Under the pieces are notes generated by a model. It was not told the origin of the DNA and made no database searches. It saw nothing but the letters and a program-made list of their open reading frames with translations. This document shows, piece after piece, positions 52,201 to 63,999 of a stretch of 63,999 nt of DNA. How positions within the stretch are numbered: the first letter of the stretch is position 1; every line of letters begins with the position of its first letter. This stretch comes from Mizuhopecten yessoensis (lineage: Eukaryota), in contig NW_018408856.1 in the NCBI RefSeq assembly GCF_002113885.1, positions 506,247-570,245 of the forward strand, in the 5' to 3' direction. The position numbers and the translations under genes were made by a program.

Positions 52201-55200
52201 CCCTGGGTCATAGTCTCCTAATCTCCCATTGTGCACCATGTATTACTCTCCCCCTGGGTCACAGTCTCCTTATCTCCCATTGTACACCATCCCATTGTAC
52301 ACCATGTATAACTCTCCCCCTTGGCCACAGTCTCCTGATCTCCCATCCCCCTTGGCCACAGTCTCCTGATCTCCCATTGTGCACCATGTATTACTCTCCC
52401 CCCCGGGTCACAGTCTCCTGATCTCTCATTGTACACCATGTATAACTCTCCCCCTGGGTCACAGACTCCTGATCTCCCATTGTGCACCATGTGTTACTCT
52501 CCCCCGGGGTCACAGTCTCCTGATTTCCCATTGTGCACCATGTATTACTCTCCCCCTGGGTCACAGTCTCCTGATCTCCCATTGTGCACCATGTATAACT
52601 CTCCCCCGGGGTCACAGTCTCCTGATCTCCCATTGTGCACCATGTATAAATCTCCCCCTAGGTCATAGTCTCCTGATCTCCCATTGTACACCATGTATAA
52701 CTCTCCCCCTAGGTCACAGTCTCCTGATCTCCCATTATGTGCCATGTATTAGTCTCCCCTAGGTCACAGTTTCCTAATCTCCCATTGTACACCATGTATT
52801 TCTCTCCCCCTGGGTCACAGTCTCCTGATTTCCCATTGTGCACCATGCATTACTCTCCCCCTGGGTCACAGTGTCCTGATCTCCCATTGTGCACCATGTA
52901 TAACTCTCCCCCGGGGTCACACTCTCCTGATCTCCCATTGTGCACCATGTGTTACTCTCCCCCTGGGTCACAGTCTCCTAATCTCCCATTGTACACCATG
53001 TATTACTCTCCCCCCTTGGGTCACAGTGTCCTGATCTCCCATTGTGCACAATGTATTACTCTCCCCCCGGGTCACAGTCTCCTGATCTCCCATTATGTGC
53101 CATGTATTCCCCTCCCCTAGGTCACAGTTTCCTAATCTCCCATTGTGCACCATGTAATCCTCTCCCCCTGGGTCACAGTCTCCTGATTTCCCATTGTGCA
53201 CCATGCATTACTCTCCCCCTGGGTCACAGTGTCCTGATCTCCCATTGTGCACAATGTATTACTCTCCCCCCGGGTCACAGTCTCCTGATCTCCCATTGTG
53301 CACCATGTATTTCTCTCCCCCCTTGGGTCACAGTCTCCTGATTTCCCATTGTGCACCATGTATTACCCTCCCCCTGGGTCACAGTCTCCTGGTCTCCCAT
53401 TGTGCACCATGTATAACTCTCCCCCTAGGTCACAGTCTCCTGATCTCCCATTGTTCACACCATGTATTACTCTCCCCCTCGGTCATAGTCTCCTAATCTC
53501 CCATTGTCCACCATGTATAACTCTCCCCCTGGGTCACAGTACACCATGTATAACTCTCCCCCTGGGTCATAGTCTCCTAATCTCCCATTGTCCACCATGT
53601 ATAACTCTCCCCCTGGGTCACAGACTCCTGATCTCCCATTGTGCACCATGTATTACTCTCCCCTTGGGTCACAGTCTCCTGATCTCCCATTGTGCACCAT
53701 GCATAAATCTCCCCCTAGGTCATAGTCTCCTGATCTCCCATTGTACACCAAGTATAACTCTCCCCCTGGGTCACAGTCTCCTAATTTCCCACCATTGTAC
53801 ACCATGTATAACTCTCCCCCTTGGTCACAGTCTCCTGATCTCCCATTATGTGCCATGTATTACTCTCCCCTAGGTCACAGTTTCCTAATCTCCCATTGTA
53901 CACCATGTATTACTCTCCCCCTGGGTCACAGTAGTCTCCTGATCTCCCATTATGTGCCATGTATTACGCTCCCCTAGGTCACAGTTTCCTAATCTCCCAT
54001 TGTACTCCATGTATTCCTCTCCCCCTGGGTCACAGTCTCCTGATCTCCCATTATGTGCCATGTATTAGTCTCCCCTAGGTCACAGTTTCCTAATCTCCCA
54101 TTGTACACCATGTATTACTCTCCCCCTGGGTCACAGTAGTCTCCTGATCTCCCATTATGTGCCATGTATTACTCTCCCCCTTGGTCACAGTCTCCTGATC
54201 TCCCATTGTGCACCATGTATAACTCTCCCCCTAGGTCATAGTCTCCTGATCTCCCATTGTACACTATGTATACTCTCCCCCTAGGTCACAGTCTCCTGAT
54301 CTCCCATTGTACACCATGTATTTCTCTCCCCCTGTGTCACAGTCTCCTGATCTTATTGTACACCATGTATTACTCTCCCCCTGTGTCACAGTCTCCTGAT
54401 CTTATTGTACACCATGTATTACTCTCCCCCTGTGTCACAGTCTCCTGATCTCCCATTTTGCACGATGTTTTGCTCTCCCCTACCTGTGTCTGAGTCTCCA
54501 AACCTCCCATTGTCCCCCATGTGTTACTCTCCCCTAGGTCACAGTTTCCAGATCTCCCGTTGTACACCATGTATAACTCTCCCCCTCGGTCACAGTCTCC
54601 TGATCTCCCATTGTACTCACCATGTATAACTCTCCCCCTGGGTCACAGTCTCCTAATCTCCCATTGGACACAATGTATTACTCTGCCCTTGGGTCACAGT
54701 CTCCTGATCTCCCATTGTGAACCATGTATAACTCTCCCCCTAGGTCATAGTCTCTGAGTCTCCAAACCTCCCATTGTCCACCATGTGTTACTCTCCCCTA
54801 GGTCCCAGTTTCCAGATCTCCCATTGTACACCATGTATAACTCTCCCCCTCGGTCACAGTCTCCTGATCTCCCATTGTACACTATGTATACTCTCCCCCT
54901 AGGTCACAGTCTCCGGATCTCCCATTGTACACCATGTATTACTCCCCCCCTGGGTCACAGTCTCCTTATCTCCCATTGTACACCATGTATAACTCTCCCC
55001 CTTGGCCACAGTCTCCTGATCTCCCATTGTGCACCATATATAACTCTCCCCCTAGGTCATAGTCTCCCCCTTGTATACCATGTATTACTCTCCCCCTCGG
55101 TCACAGTCTCCTCATCTCCCATTGTACACACCATGTATAACTCTCCCCCTTGGTCACAGTCTCCTAATCTCCCATTGTACACCATGTATTACTCTCCCTC

Positions 55201-58200
55201 TGGGTCACAGTCTCCTAATCTCCCATTGTACACAATGTATTACTCTGCCCTTGGGTCACAGTCTCCTGATCTCCCATTGTGCACCATGTATTACTCTCCC
55301 CCTGGGTCACAGTCTCCTAATCTCCCATTGTGCACCATGTAATACTCTCCCCCTGGGTCACAGTCTCCTGATCTCCCATTGTACACAATGTATTACTCTC
55401 CCCCTGGGTCACAGTCTCCTGAACTCCCATTGTGCACCATGTATAACTCTCCCCCTGGGTCACAGTCTCCTAATCTCCCATTGTACACCATGTATTACTC
55501 TCCCTCTGGGTCACAGTCTCCTAATCTCCCATTGTACACCATGTATTACTCTCCCTCTGGGTCACAGTCTCCTAATCTCCCATTGTACACAATGTATTAC
55601 TCTGCCCTTGGGTCACATCTCCTATTGTACACCATGTATAACTCTCCCCCTGGGTCACAGTCTCCTGGTTTCCCATTGTGCACCATGTTTTTCTCTCTCC
55701 TTGGGTCACAGTCTCCTGATCTCCCATTGTGCCAAATGTATTACTCTCCCCCCGGGTCACAGTCTCCTAATCTCCCATTGTGCACAATGTATTACTCTCC
55801 CCCCGGGTCACAGTCTCCTGATCTCCTATTGTGCACCATGTATTACTCTCCCCCTGGGGCACAGTCTCCTGATCTCTCATTGTGCACAATGTATTGCTCT
55901 CCCCCCGGGGCACCGTCTCCTGATCTCCCATTGTGCACAATGTATTCCTCTCCCCCCGGGTCGCAGTCTCCTGATCTCTCATTGTACACCATGTATTACT
56001 CTCCCCCTGGGTCATAGTCTCCTAATCTCCCTTTGTACAACATGTATTACTCTCCCATTGGGTCACAGTCTCCTGACCATGTATAACTCTCCCCCTGGGT
56101 CATAGTCTCCTAATCTCCCTTTGTACAACATGTATTACTCTCCCATTGGGTCACAGTCTCCTGATCCCCCATTGTGCACCATGTATTACTCTCCCCCTTG
56201 GTCACAGTCTCCTGATCTCCCATTGTACACCATGTATTACTCTCCCCCTGGGTCACAGTCTCCTAATCCCCCATTGTGCACCATGTAATACTCTCCCCCT
56301 GGGTCACAGTCTCCTGAGCTCCCATTGTGCAGGATGTATTACTCTCCCCCTGGGTCACAGTCTCCTGATCTCCCATTGTACAACATGTATTACTCTCCCC
56401 CTGGGTCATAGTCTCCTAATCTCCCATTGTACAACATGTATTACTCTCCCATTGGGTCACAGTCTCCTGATCTCCCATTGTGCACCATGTATTACTCTCC
56501 CCCTGGGTCACAGTCTCCTGATCTTCCATTTTACAGCATGTATTACACTCTCCCTAGGTCACAGTCTCCTGATCTCCCATTGTGCACCATGTATTACGCT
56601 CCCCCTTGGTCACAGTCTCCTGATCTCCCATTGTACACCATGTATTACTCTCCCCCTGGGTCACAGTCTCCTGATCTCCCATTGTGCACCATGTATTACT
56701 CTCCCCCTTGGTCACAGTCTCCTGATCTCCCATTATGCGCCATGTATTACTCTCCCCTAGGTCACAGTCTCCTGATCTCCCATTGTGCACCATGTATTAC
56801 GCTCCCCCTTGGTCACAGTCTCCTGATCTCCCATTATACGCCATGTATTACTCTCCCCTAGGGCACAGTCTCCTGTGATCTCCCATTGTACACACCATGT
56901 ATAACTCTCCCCCTGGGTCACAGTCTCCTGATCTACCGTTGTATACCATGTATTACTCTCCCCCTGGGTCACAGTCTCCTGGTCTCCCATTGTACACCAT
57001 GTATTACTCTCCCCCTTGGTCACACTCTCCTGATCTCCCATTATGCGCCATGTATTACTCTCCCCTAGGTCACAGTCTCCTGATCTCCCATTGTACACCA
57101 TGTATTACTCTCCCCCTGTGTCAGTCTCCTGATCTCCTATTGTACACCATGTATTACTCTCCCCTAGGTCACAGTCTCCTGATCTCCCATTGTACACCAT
57201 GTATTACTATCCCCCTGTGTCACAGTCTCCTGATCTCCCATTTTGCACGATGTTTTGCTCTCCCCCCCTGTGTCTGAGTCTCCAAACCTCCCATTGTCCA
57301 ACATGTTTTGCTCTCCTCCTGGGTCACAGTCTCCTGATCTCCCATTGTACACCATACCATGTATAACTCTCCCCCTGGGTCACAGTTTCCTGATCTCCCA
57401 TTGGACACACCATGTACAACTCTCCCCCTGGGTCACAGTCTCCTGATCTCCCATTGGACACACCATGTATTACTCTCCCCTAGGTCACAGTCTCCTGATC
57501 TCCCATTGTACACCATGTATCACTCTCCCCCTGGGTCACAGTCTCCTGATCTCCCATTGTACACCATGTATTACTCTCCCCCTGTGTCACAGTCTCCTGA
57601 TCTCCCATTATGCGCCATATGTATTACTCTCCCCTGTGTCACAGTCTCCTGATCTCCCATTTTGCACGATGTTTTGCTCTCCCCCCCCTGTGTCTGAGTC
57701 TCCAAACCTCCCATTGTCCACCATGTTTTGCTCTCCTCCTGGGTCACTGACTCATGATCTTTCATTGTGCAGTTTGTTTTGCTCTCCCCTTGTGTCTGAG
57801 TCTCCAAACCTCCCATTGTATCCTGTGTCTGAGTCTCCAAACCTCCCATTGTATATATGTATTACGCTTCCCCTTGGGTTACAGTCACATGATCTCTATT
57901 AATGTGCACTCCCCCTGGTTCACAGTCGCCTGATCTCCTATTGTGCACCACATGTACATATTACAATGTACCTAGAACTCAATATCTTGTCTGGGTCAAT
58001 CAGCACTTTTTTCCATTGTTTTTTTATCTGTTCTGATAATTTATCAATCGTATATATATATATAATTGTATATAATTGAAACTTTATTGGACATATTATT
58101 TTAAGTGATGTCAGAAAAATTATTATAACATACTTCTCTAGATCAACAAACCTGACGCTACGTTAGCAAATGTTATGCCCGAGTTAGCCTGAGTTTTCAA

Positions 58201-60804
58201 TATTTGAGTACTATAAAACTTAAGTTTCAGCTTGAAGGAAAATTTTCAAAACCTGTTTTCAGGTGTATATAACATAATCTTAATATGAAATTGCACACCT
58301 ATGAAATCGAACGATATACACAAAGGCTAAAACACTTACATCTCCCAGCGGGGGTTTCTCAAATGCAGAGGAGATCTAATTGAGTGTAAATTAATTAGTA
58401 TATATATACTATATATAAAACAACCTATATATACATGTAGCTGTAGAAAGCTGCCTTTCCACTAAGCCTTCACCAGATTAATTTCATATTGGTTTCTTCC
58501 TTTGGACTTTTTGCATTTGTTAATAACTATCTTCGTTACATCGGGTTTTCATAGAATACATGTATAGCTAATCAACACTGCAATCCCATTTTCACCTCAA
58601 ACTGCAGTTGTAATTATGTCACAAGCCCAATGTTCCAATTAATTAATTTAATATTGCTGACTTGAAGGGTTTCTGGCTAAAAAGACGCAGGATACATAAT
58701 TTTGGACAGAAAAGGGACTTAATAAGACTACGAGTTGACAATAATACAGTGCAACTAGAACATCTGAACATTTGTTTTTAAGAGTCTTGGAACTTTTCCC
58801 CAGAATTGCATTGGAAGAGCCGAATTAACTTACATCCGACACATTGCTATACTTGCCCTGTTTAAAAATTGATAGCATTACAACCACCACCCACATGGCA
58901 AAATAACAACGTTATTTTCAGCATGAATGCAGGACTCATGTTTTTGAGGTGTGACTTCCCGACATTTCGAAAACACACTGTCAACGGAATCAACACTTTT
59001 AAAAACTGATGCTCAGAACTCGCCTTAAAAATCCTATAAAAATCACTGCAATATATTAAAAAAAAAATCAATCATATTCTCTGGTTTCTCACTGACGACG
59101 ATACAATAGGTAAAAAATACCTTGGGCTTGCAAAGAATGGAATGACTTGTACTACTAAAATTAGAAGAAAAAAAAAAAGTTCTGGAACCAACTTGTGTTC
59201 GTCGTCATGTGATCAAATGCATGAATCAGGTGAATGCCCGCCCTCTTGGGGTTATTTTTGTACATATTTCTTTTAACAGTTGATCAAACTCTGCTGGCAA
59301 AAAAAATGACCGTTTTTTCATCAAAATACACAGTCAAACAAAACAACTGAAGGATATATTGTTACCCTATGTAATAACAATTATTTACAGATAAACAGAA
59401 GAATGATAATGCATTTTTTTGTATAAACATCTCTACTTGTCTGAGTATACAGGTTTCAATTTTTGTTACACTTTGATGTACTGTACAATGATTTATTTTT
59501 GTTTATCATTATATACAATGTTCCCATTAAATTTAAAATTTGATACATTTTCAATATTCTATATAACTCCAGATTCTTAGTTTCAAAAGAAAATTCTTGA
59601 GAACTTTGGGTACAACCAACTGTTTTGGAATTGGGGTAAAGAAATCTCATTTGGAGGCTTTCGGAAGCACTGACGAATAATCTAAATTATTGAATTAGAT
59701 TAAATTTATGTAATTCAATAATTTGAATAAGAATAAAGTTAGACCAACAACTATGTGTTTTCATTTTTTTCAGATGAACGTGTTGCCAATTTGTCATTGT
59801 TTGCAAACTTTGATAGAACCATGCAGGAACGTACTTTACAAAAGTAAACGAGACTTTCATATTATGTATCCTGTCCAGAAACTTGCCTTGCTATTATTCA
59901 CGCAGAAATCGGGACTCATCCTATCCGTTCATGTCAATTTATGAATCATAGTGCAGACTTTATGTTGTAATAAATCAGATTGCATCATAATAATATTTCA
60001 ACATTACGAAAAAAAAAATCAGACATTGAAACCTACGTACATTGACTTAGACATTAAGTTGAATTGTGGTATTTCAGACGGTAATAAAACTACATATAAT
60101 TTATTACATAAAAATAGTTAAGCATACTCGGAACATTATTAATGGTTAAGAAAAAAATTACAATCTGATAACAAGAGATTAAAAGTTTTTTTAAAGTCAT
60201 TGACATAATTATTTGACTAAATATTTGTATTTAGGTCAATTATATATTGTTATTGCTTCCTAATTTGCTTCGAATAACATGCTGGTGACCAGTTTAAAAA
60301 CCGATTTACCTTCACTAATGAACATAATTTACAATCATGTAAACATAGAATTTAGTGACTTAAAGTAAAAAAAAACTAAAACCTTATTCCCAGAAATAGG
60401 AAGAAGTTTATGCAGCAGGTCTGTTTTGTGCGATTGTAAAATTTCGATTGGCATGCCTATAAACTTATTATTTAGTAGAAAAAAAAGTGCGCTTGTAGAG
60501 TTGGTAAAATGAGTATATAGTTTCCAATTGCAGTGCAATTCAAAGATTACAGTTTGTTCATTGACAGAGACAGTGCGCAAAAGTCAGGGTGTGCGCACAC
60601 GCCACACACACTCAGTGGGTCACTGATCCTGACCTAAAAAAATGGTGATCTTCATTCATCTCGTGGCCAAAGTCTCGTCTCCTTTTGCAAGAATGAAACA
60701 GAGATTTGTGCAAATTCAGAGCTTGCAAAGTCATCTATGCTTAATAAGAGTTGCAAATTAGCGTAATTCGAGCGTGCAGCTTAGCCACTTCTCTTACCTG
60801 GCAT
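28244..60804 (-). CDS. MAP2K6: Dual-specificity MAP kinase kinase 3/6 (p38 activator, licorne/MKK6-like), 337 aa, 9 exons
   Basis: Exons 60804-60798 (MP-G), 39989-39932, 36686-36524, 35495-35376, 34267-34151, 33438-33259, 31935-31858, 31396-31257, 28394-28244 (1014 nt). Motifs: D-site [82 protein letters not shown] (SVAKT activation loop typical of MKK3/6). Exon 1 is less certain than exons 2-9. Confidence 0.93.
29174..31212. mobile_element. MITE (PIF/Harbinger-like) hosting the HINE
   Basis: TIR GGCCAAACAAATTTGATTATTTGGTTCTCAGGCC vs GGCCTGAGAACCAAGTCATTCATTTTATTTTGCC; TTA duplicated on both sides. Confidence 0.65.
29619..31175. mobile_element. Helentron-associated non-autonomous element (HINE/DINE-1-like) with internal ~150-165-bp tandem repeats
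   Basis: Left end AACAAGAGGCCCAGGGGCCTTAATAGCTCACCTG. Right end has (GGACGCT)n microsatellite, AGCTCAC, hairpin TGGCCCTTCGGGTCA and GGTGAGCTAAAAA. Internal repeats are anchored by TTTGGTYAAAATCC. Confidence 0.8.
31355..31670. repeat. Degenerate ~80-bp tandem repeat spanning the MKK3/6 exon 8 acceptor
   Basis: CTTCCAY..TTTC..TAA..AATCTGTAACAAA..CTA recurs at about 31355, 31435, 31513 and 31594. Confidence 0.7.
32410..33120. repeat. Tandem dimer of a ~355-bp hairpin-rich element
   Basis: TCTCTTACCCTGTAC..GAGATATCCTTGTCTCACCCTT at 32419 and 32776; inverted ACAGGGTAAGAGA at 32591 and 32942. Confidence 0.7.
35533..35793. repeat. ~52-bp minisatellite (5 copies)
   Basis: Unit CCCAAATAAGCCCAGGGGGGCTAACACATCCTATCTGYCCCAAAGTAGGGGG. 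Confidence 0.9.
37330..37670. repeat. 44-bp minisatellite (~8 copies)
   Basis: Unit AAGTCACCCAAATAAAGCAAATACCTGTCTTTAGAGGGAAGTAA. Confidence 0.95.
37883..38310. repeat. 52-bp minisatellite (~8 copies)
   Basis: Unit GACAACTGGATTAGTGGTACCGGGTAGTTGGATCAAGTAACGRGGACAGTTA. Confidence 0.95.
38496..38712 (+). mobile_element. tRNA-derived SINE (V-domain-like)
   Basis: GGTGGCGCAGTGGATAGCGC..GGTTCTATTCC..GGGTTTTCTCCGGGTACTCCAGTTTTCTCCCACA; truncated copy at 41495-41612. Confidence 0.8.
38927..39009. mobile_element. 83-bp TTAA-flanked MITE, subfamily 1 (other copies ~7300-7381, 17184-17266, 35938-36019, 40126-40205)
   Basis: CTCATTCACCCCTGAA..TTCAGGGGTGAATGAG inverted ends, TTAA-type flanks, at least 5 near-identical copies. 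Confidence 0.85.
40768..40963. repeat. 25-bp minisatellite (~8 copies)
   Basis: Unit TACTGTATTTCTACTTTATACCTTG. Confidence 0.9.
45245..46130. repeat. Purine-rich (GA) low-complexity tract
   Basis: Strong A/G strand bias (GAAAGAAAGAAG..), with AGCTCTGAACTAGGCAG repeated at ~45363 and ~45614. Confidence 0.7.
46702..46784. mobile_element. 83-bp TTAA-flanked MITE, subfamily 2 (other copies 19425-19507, ~21715-21800, ~24093-24160, 34511-34593, 42039-42121)
   Basis: TTAA|CCCTTTCACCCC..TAGACTCTACCATGCATTGATCTGGATGAG..GGTGAAAGRG|TTAA; piggyBac-like termini. Confidence 0.85.
50541..57950. repeat. 51-bp satellite/minisatellite array (~7.4 kb, ~145 units) in MKK3/6 intron 1
   Basis: Unit CCATTGTACACCATGTATAACTCTCCCCCTGGGTCACAGTCTCCTGATCTC. 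The ORF track shows a 17-aa periodicity. Confidence 0.97.
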
Positions 60805-61074
60805 CCTTCACGTCAGACCTAATGTCCCAAGTCATCCGAACCGACACGAGCAGCAGGTTCTTTCCTGGTTTCGGTTTTTCGCCGCACAATCAGCGAGTTG
60901 ACCTCAGATCGTCTCCAAATGTGACGATGGCGTTGTTGAATGTCTATCGAAATCAGCTAGTGGATGCGATTGTGCAAAATCCGCTTCAAATTTGTAAAAT
61001 ATTGCCAAATAGCGAGTGACCTCGGCGGCTCTGTTGCAAACGGATGCGCCAGTGCTCTAAAGAGGGAAATCCAC

Positions 61075-61093
61075 TGACGTCACGCATGACTCA
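61075..61093. promoter_or_regulatory. Adjacent CRE (TGACGTCA) and AP-1 (TGACTCA) sites upstream of MKK3/6 exon 1
   Basis: Perfect consensus sites at 61075-61082 and 61087-61093 in a CpG-rich patch ~270 bp upstream of the ATG. Confidence 0.55.
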
Positions 61094-63139
61094 CGCGATA
61101 GACGGGCTTGCCCTCCTTAGCCGTCATGGGTTGCCTTAGCACTTGCATCAACAAACACTACTTTTTCATGTTTATTTCCTACTACTTTTTCAAACCAGAA
61201 ACTTACGAACATCTACGATAAAGATAATTTTATTAAAATTGCAATCAAAATTATTTTTGTTTACATTTCTTGTTTTCAACCACGCGCACCTAAAGGAAAT
61301 AATATCTGTCACGTGATCACAAAATGGACGACAAGGTTTTGTCAGTCGTCTGAAAACAGAGCTGTGACCGAAGAGTCAACATATAGGAGTTTTGTAGGAA
61401 CAAAACAGATTTATAAGGAATCTTTTATTTATGTGTATTATGATAACATTGTAATTATGTCTTTTCTGGATTTTACGGACTCCGAAACGTACATACGAGA
61501 GTGGTTTGTCGACATTCTTCACCAGTTTCCTCATGTGAACTTTTCATTCAAAACAACAAATTCTACATTCAACCCAGACAGTATCAATTATAGAGAGGTA
61601 AACTATTTATATATTTAAATGTACATCTTTATCTTATTTATTGATATGTTTACAATGTGATCTCTAGAATTTGTTTGGAAAGAAACGATAAAGTTATATC
61701 GTTGCTATTAATACCCTAGCCTAGTGTTCTTTTTAACTGTTTTTGGAACCCCTGTTTTTGTACTTTCATAACAAAACCTAGTACAGTTTAAACCTGTAGA
61801 ATGGCTTCTATCCAAGTACAGTATGGTATCATAGATTTCTAGCTTACAGTGGTTACAAATGAATCTAAGCAGAGTCTCTGTAAACACTATTCAACATAAT
61901 ATTATGAAAACAATCAAACCGAAAAAAAACTGCTTTACAAGATCTACTGAAGTACAGTAAAATTATGAGTCAACCAGGAAATGAGTACATCGTCAAACAA
62001 TTCAAACACATAATGGGATTGTCATATAATGTCTCGACTAGTTATTGTGATGTATCAGCGTAGTTCTGAATGGCATTGTAATCAATATATAATTACATGG
62101 ACTTGCTTGTGAATGCTATATATATTGTCATAAACCTGGAGGAACATGTCTGCAGTTTGAAGAATTCATGCATGGTTAACCCTAGTATGAATATGCAGAT
62201 GATTTGGATCTAGAATTTAGTGGAAAGGCAGCTGGTCCACAGGGCTATCAAAGTCCCAGTGGGGGTGGGTATAGATATAGGAGAAGGCTATATATATGCC
62301 TGTTGTCAAATCCTATTGTTGAAAAAAAAAATGTTGAAACTAAATATAGGAGACGACAAAACATCCTAAAAGCTATGGAAATATGATATATATATATGGA
62401 AACTTCCATTTAAATATGTTTATTCAGATTTCAAAATATGTTAAAAATCTTAATAATGTGTTCAATAGAAAGCCAATAAGTGATAGTTTTATAACTTGTA
62501 CATTATACCTGTAATCTCATACATTGTATATCTGTGGTTGATTATCAACAGATGCAATGTCTATGACTTATAAGCAGATGTACTATTATAATTAAAATAA
62601 CAAAATCTACCTGTCAAAATTTATCGAAAATGTGTAAAATTTGACTAATTGTTATAATGATTTCATATAATTTAATTGTGATGATGTTCAAAGTATAAAT
62701 GACATATAATATGTTACAATATCTTAAGATTGATATGCAAAATTAATTAGGTAAATAATATTAATGGAGCCATTTATTTTCAATTAAAATGAAATAGCCA
62801 CTACCTCAACGTGAATGCTTGGTGAGATTCTACTTTATCTATTTAATGGTACCTGGAAAATATAACATGAAGTTATCATTTGATTGGAAAAGTGTTGAAG
62901 AATTGAACTAACTCAAATGGTTTGTTTTTTGTATGTGAGATCAAGTCCAAAAATGGCCATCTTCTTGGCAGAATATACCATCACCAGTTCAGGTTAAGAT
63001 ACTTAATTGGTTCAAGGAAAATGGTTCAACAAACTATATAGGCAGTAATAAATTCTTTATGGGTTTTGATCAATTTAATCTAGTATTTCACACATGTATT
63101 TAATTTACATGTTACTGTTACATTATAATATGAAACTAA

Positions 63140-63812
63140 GGCCAGACAAAAAAAAAAATGTTTGTGTGGCAGTTTTTATTTTTTTTACATACTGTATGGT
63201 TAGGGTTGCCTTCTTGCTCCACACCTGGGGAAATTTCCCTTCATAGCTCAATTGGTAGAGCGCCAGACTGGGAAGCTTGGGTCACGGGTTTGATCCCAAC
63301 TGGAGGCATACCACTCTGTTTCTTGTTACAAATGGTGTCTGTGTGGCCCTCCTGGTGGTGACAGGGATCCAGAGTTAGAACCGGGTTGTGGTATTCGAGG
63401 GCGAACACATTTTAAAACGTTTAAAGTAGTGTGGCAGATTTAATGGTACATTGCTAAAGTATTATGATTGCCTTCTAGCTTCGAGCTAGAGGGAAACTTC
63501 CCTCAATGGATAAATTAAGCAACAGATTGGGAAGCTGGAGGTCAAGGGTTTGATCCCTGCTGGAAACCACAGTACTCTCTTTCCTGTCACATTTTCTTCC
63601 TGTTACATGTCTGAAAAATAGGGTCTGTAGCTATATATAGGTTGATAATCAATTTTATTTTTCATTTTACTTACTAAGGTAAATAAAGGAGAGTTATCAT
63701 AACTTTAAAAGTGTTTTCTTGAAAATTGCCCCCTAAAATTGGGGTCATCACAAGACATCAGGGTACATGTAGGTTTCGGTAACCATAAACAAACAACATT
63801 TTTTATTTGGCC
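63140..63812. mobile_element. MITE (GGCC.. TIR, TAA TSD) hosting the LTR element
   Basis: TAA|GGCCAGACAAAAAAAAAAATGTTTGT ... ACAAACAACATTTTTTATTTGGCC|TAA. Confidence 0.6.
63165..63607 (+). mobile_element. Non-autonomous LTR element (TRIM-like) with tRNA-derived sequence inside both LTRs
   Basis: LTR1 63165-63330 TGTGGCAG...TGTTACA, PBS-like TGGTGTC 63333-63339, ~100-bp internal region with TTCGAGGGCGAA, LTR2 63430-63591/63607 TGTGGCAG...TGTCACA. LTR1 has A box TAGCTCAATTGG, and both LTRs have the B-box-like GGTTTGATCCC. Confidence 0.7.
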
Positions 63813-63999
63813 TAATTAATTAATTAGTTCCAAATAAAAACACCCATGGATGAGCCTCAATATCTCAGTCATGAATTTTACTTCAGTGATTATTTTGTGA
63901 ATATTTTCATTTTGATATTTGAATGTAACAGATATATACAGTCTTTATATTCATATATATATGCATGCTTGTATGCTATTCTTGGCAAAGTTACCAGTA

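Noticed and set aside
50438-57902. Dozens of ORFs up to 344 aa with Cys/His-rich ([17 protein letters not shown]) or YSPPGSQSP repeats resembling metallothionein, extensin or Pol II CTD
   Set aside because: They are translations of a 51-bp satellite, open in several frames on both strands with frequent indels and no unique flanking coding sequence.
63236-63307. tRNA gene (apparent GGG anticodon)
   Set aside because: Imperfect stems, degenerate B box, no oligo-T terminator, and it is duplicated in degenerate form within an LTR-like repeat.

Overview
AT-rich, repeat-rich eukaryotic (animal) genomic DNA with GT-AG introns. The repeat families (Helentron-associated HINE, V/Nin-type SINEs, tRNA-bearing TRIM-like LTRs) suggest a bivalve mollusc, which is an inference. 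Three spliced genes were reconstructed by hand with consistent intron phases: (1) a divergent, unnamed non-RD Ser/Thr kinase on the minus strand (3389-10184) with two apparent alternative 5' ends, a 15-nt micro-exon and an exon carrying five regularly spaced LC8/dynein-light-chain-type motifs; (2) FAAP24 on the plus strand (11293-17493), head-to-head with the kinase and carrying a young 5'-truncated Tx1/L1 LINE with a 13-bp TSD in intron 3; (3) an MKK3/6 (MAP2K6-like) p38 activator on the minus strand (28244-60804) with a ~20.8-kb first intron that holds a ~7.4-kb 51-bp satellite, plus an overlapping uORF and an adjacent CRE+AP-1 pair upstream. The rest is MITEs, SINEs, minisatellites, a nested HINE and a non-autonomous LTR element whose LTRs contain a tRNA-like sequence. 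The best candidate for new biology is the LC8-motif-array kinase, which lies head-to-head with the Fanconi gene FAAP24 and may share its promoter.
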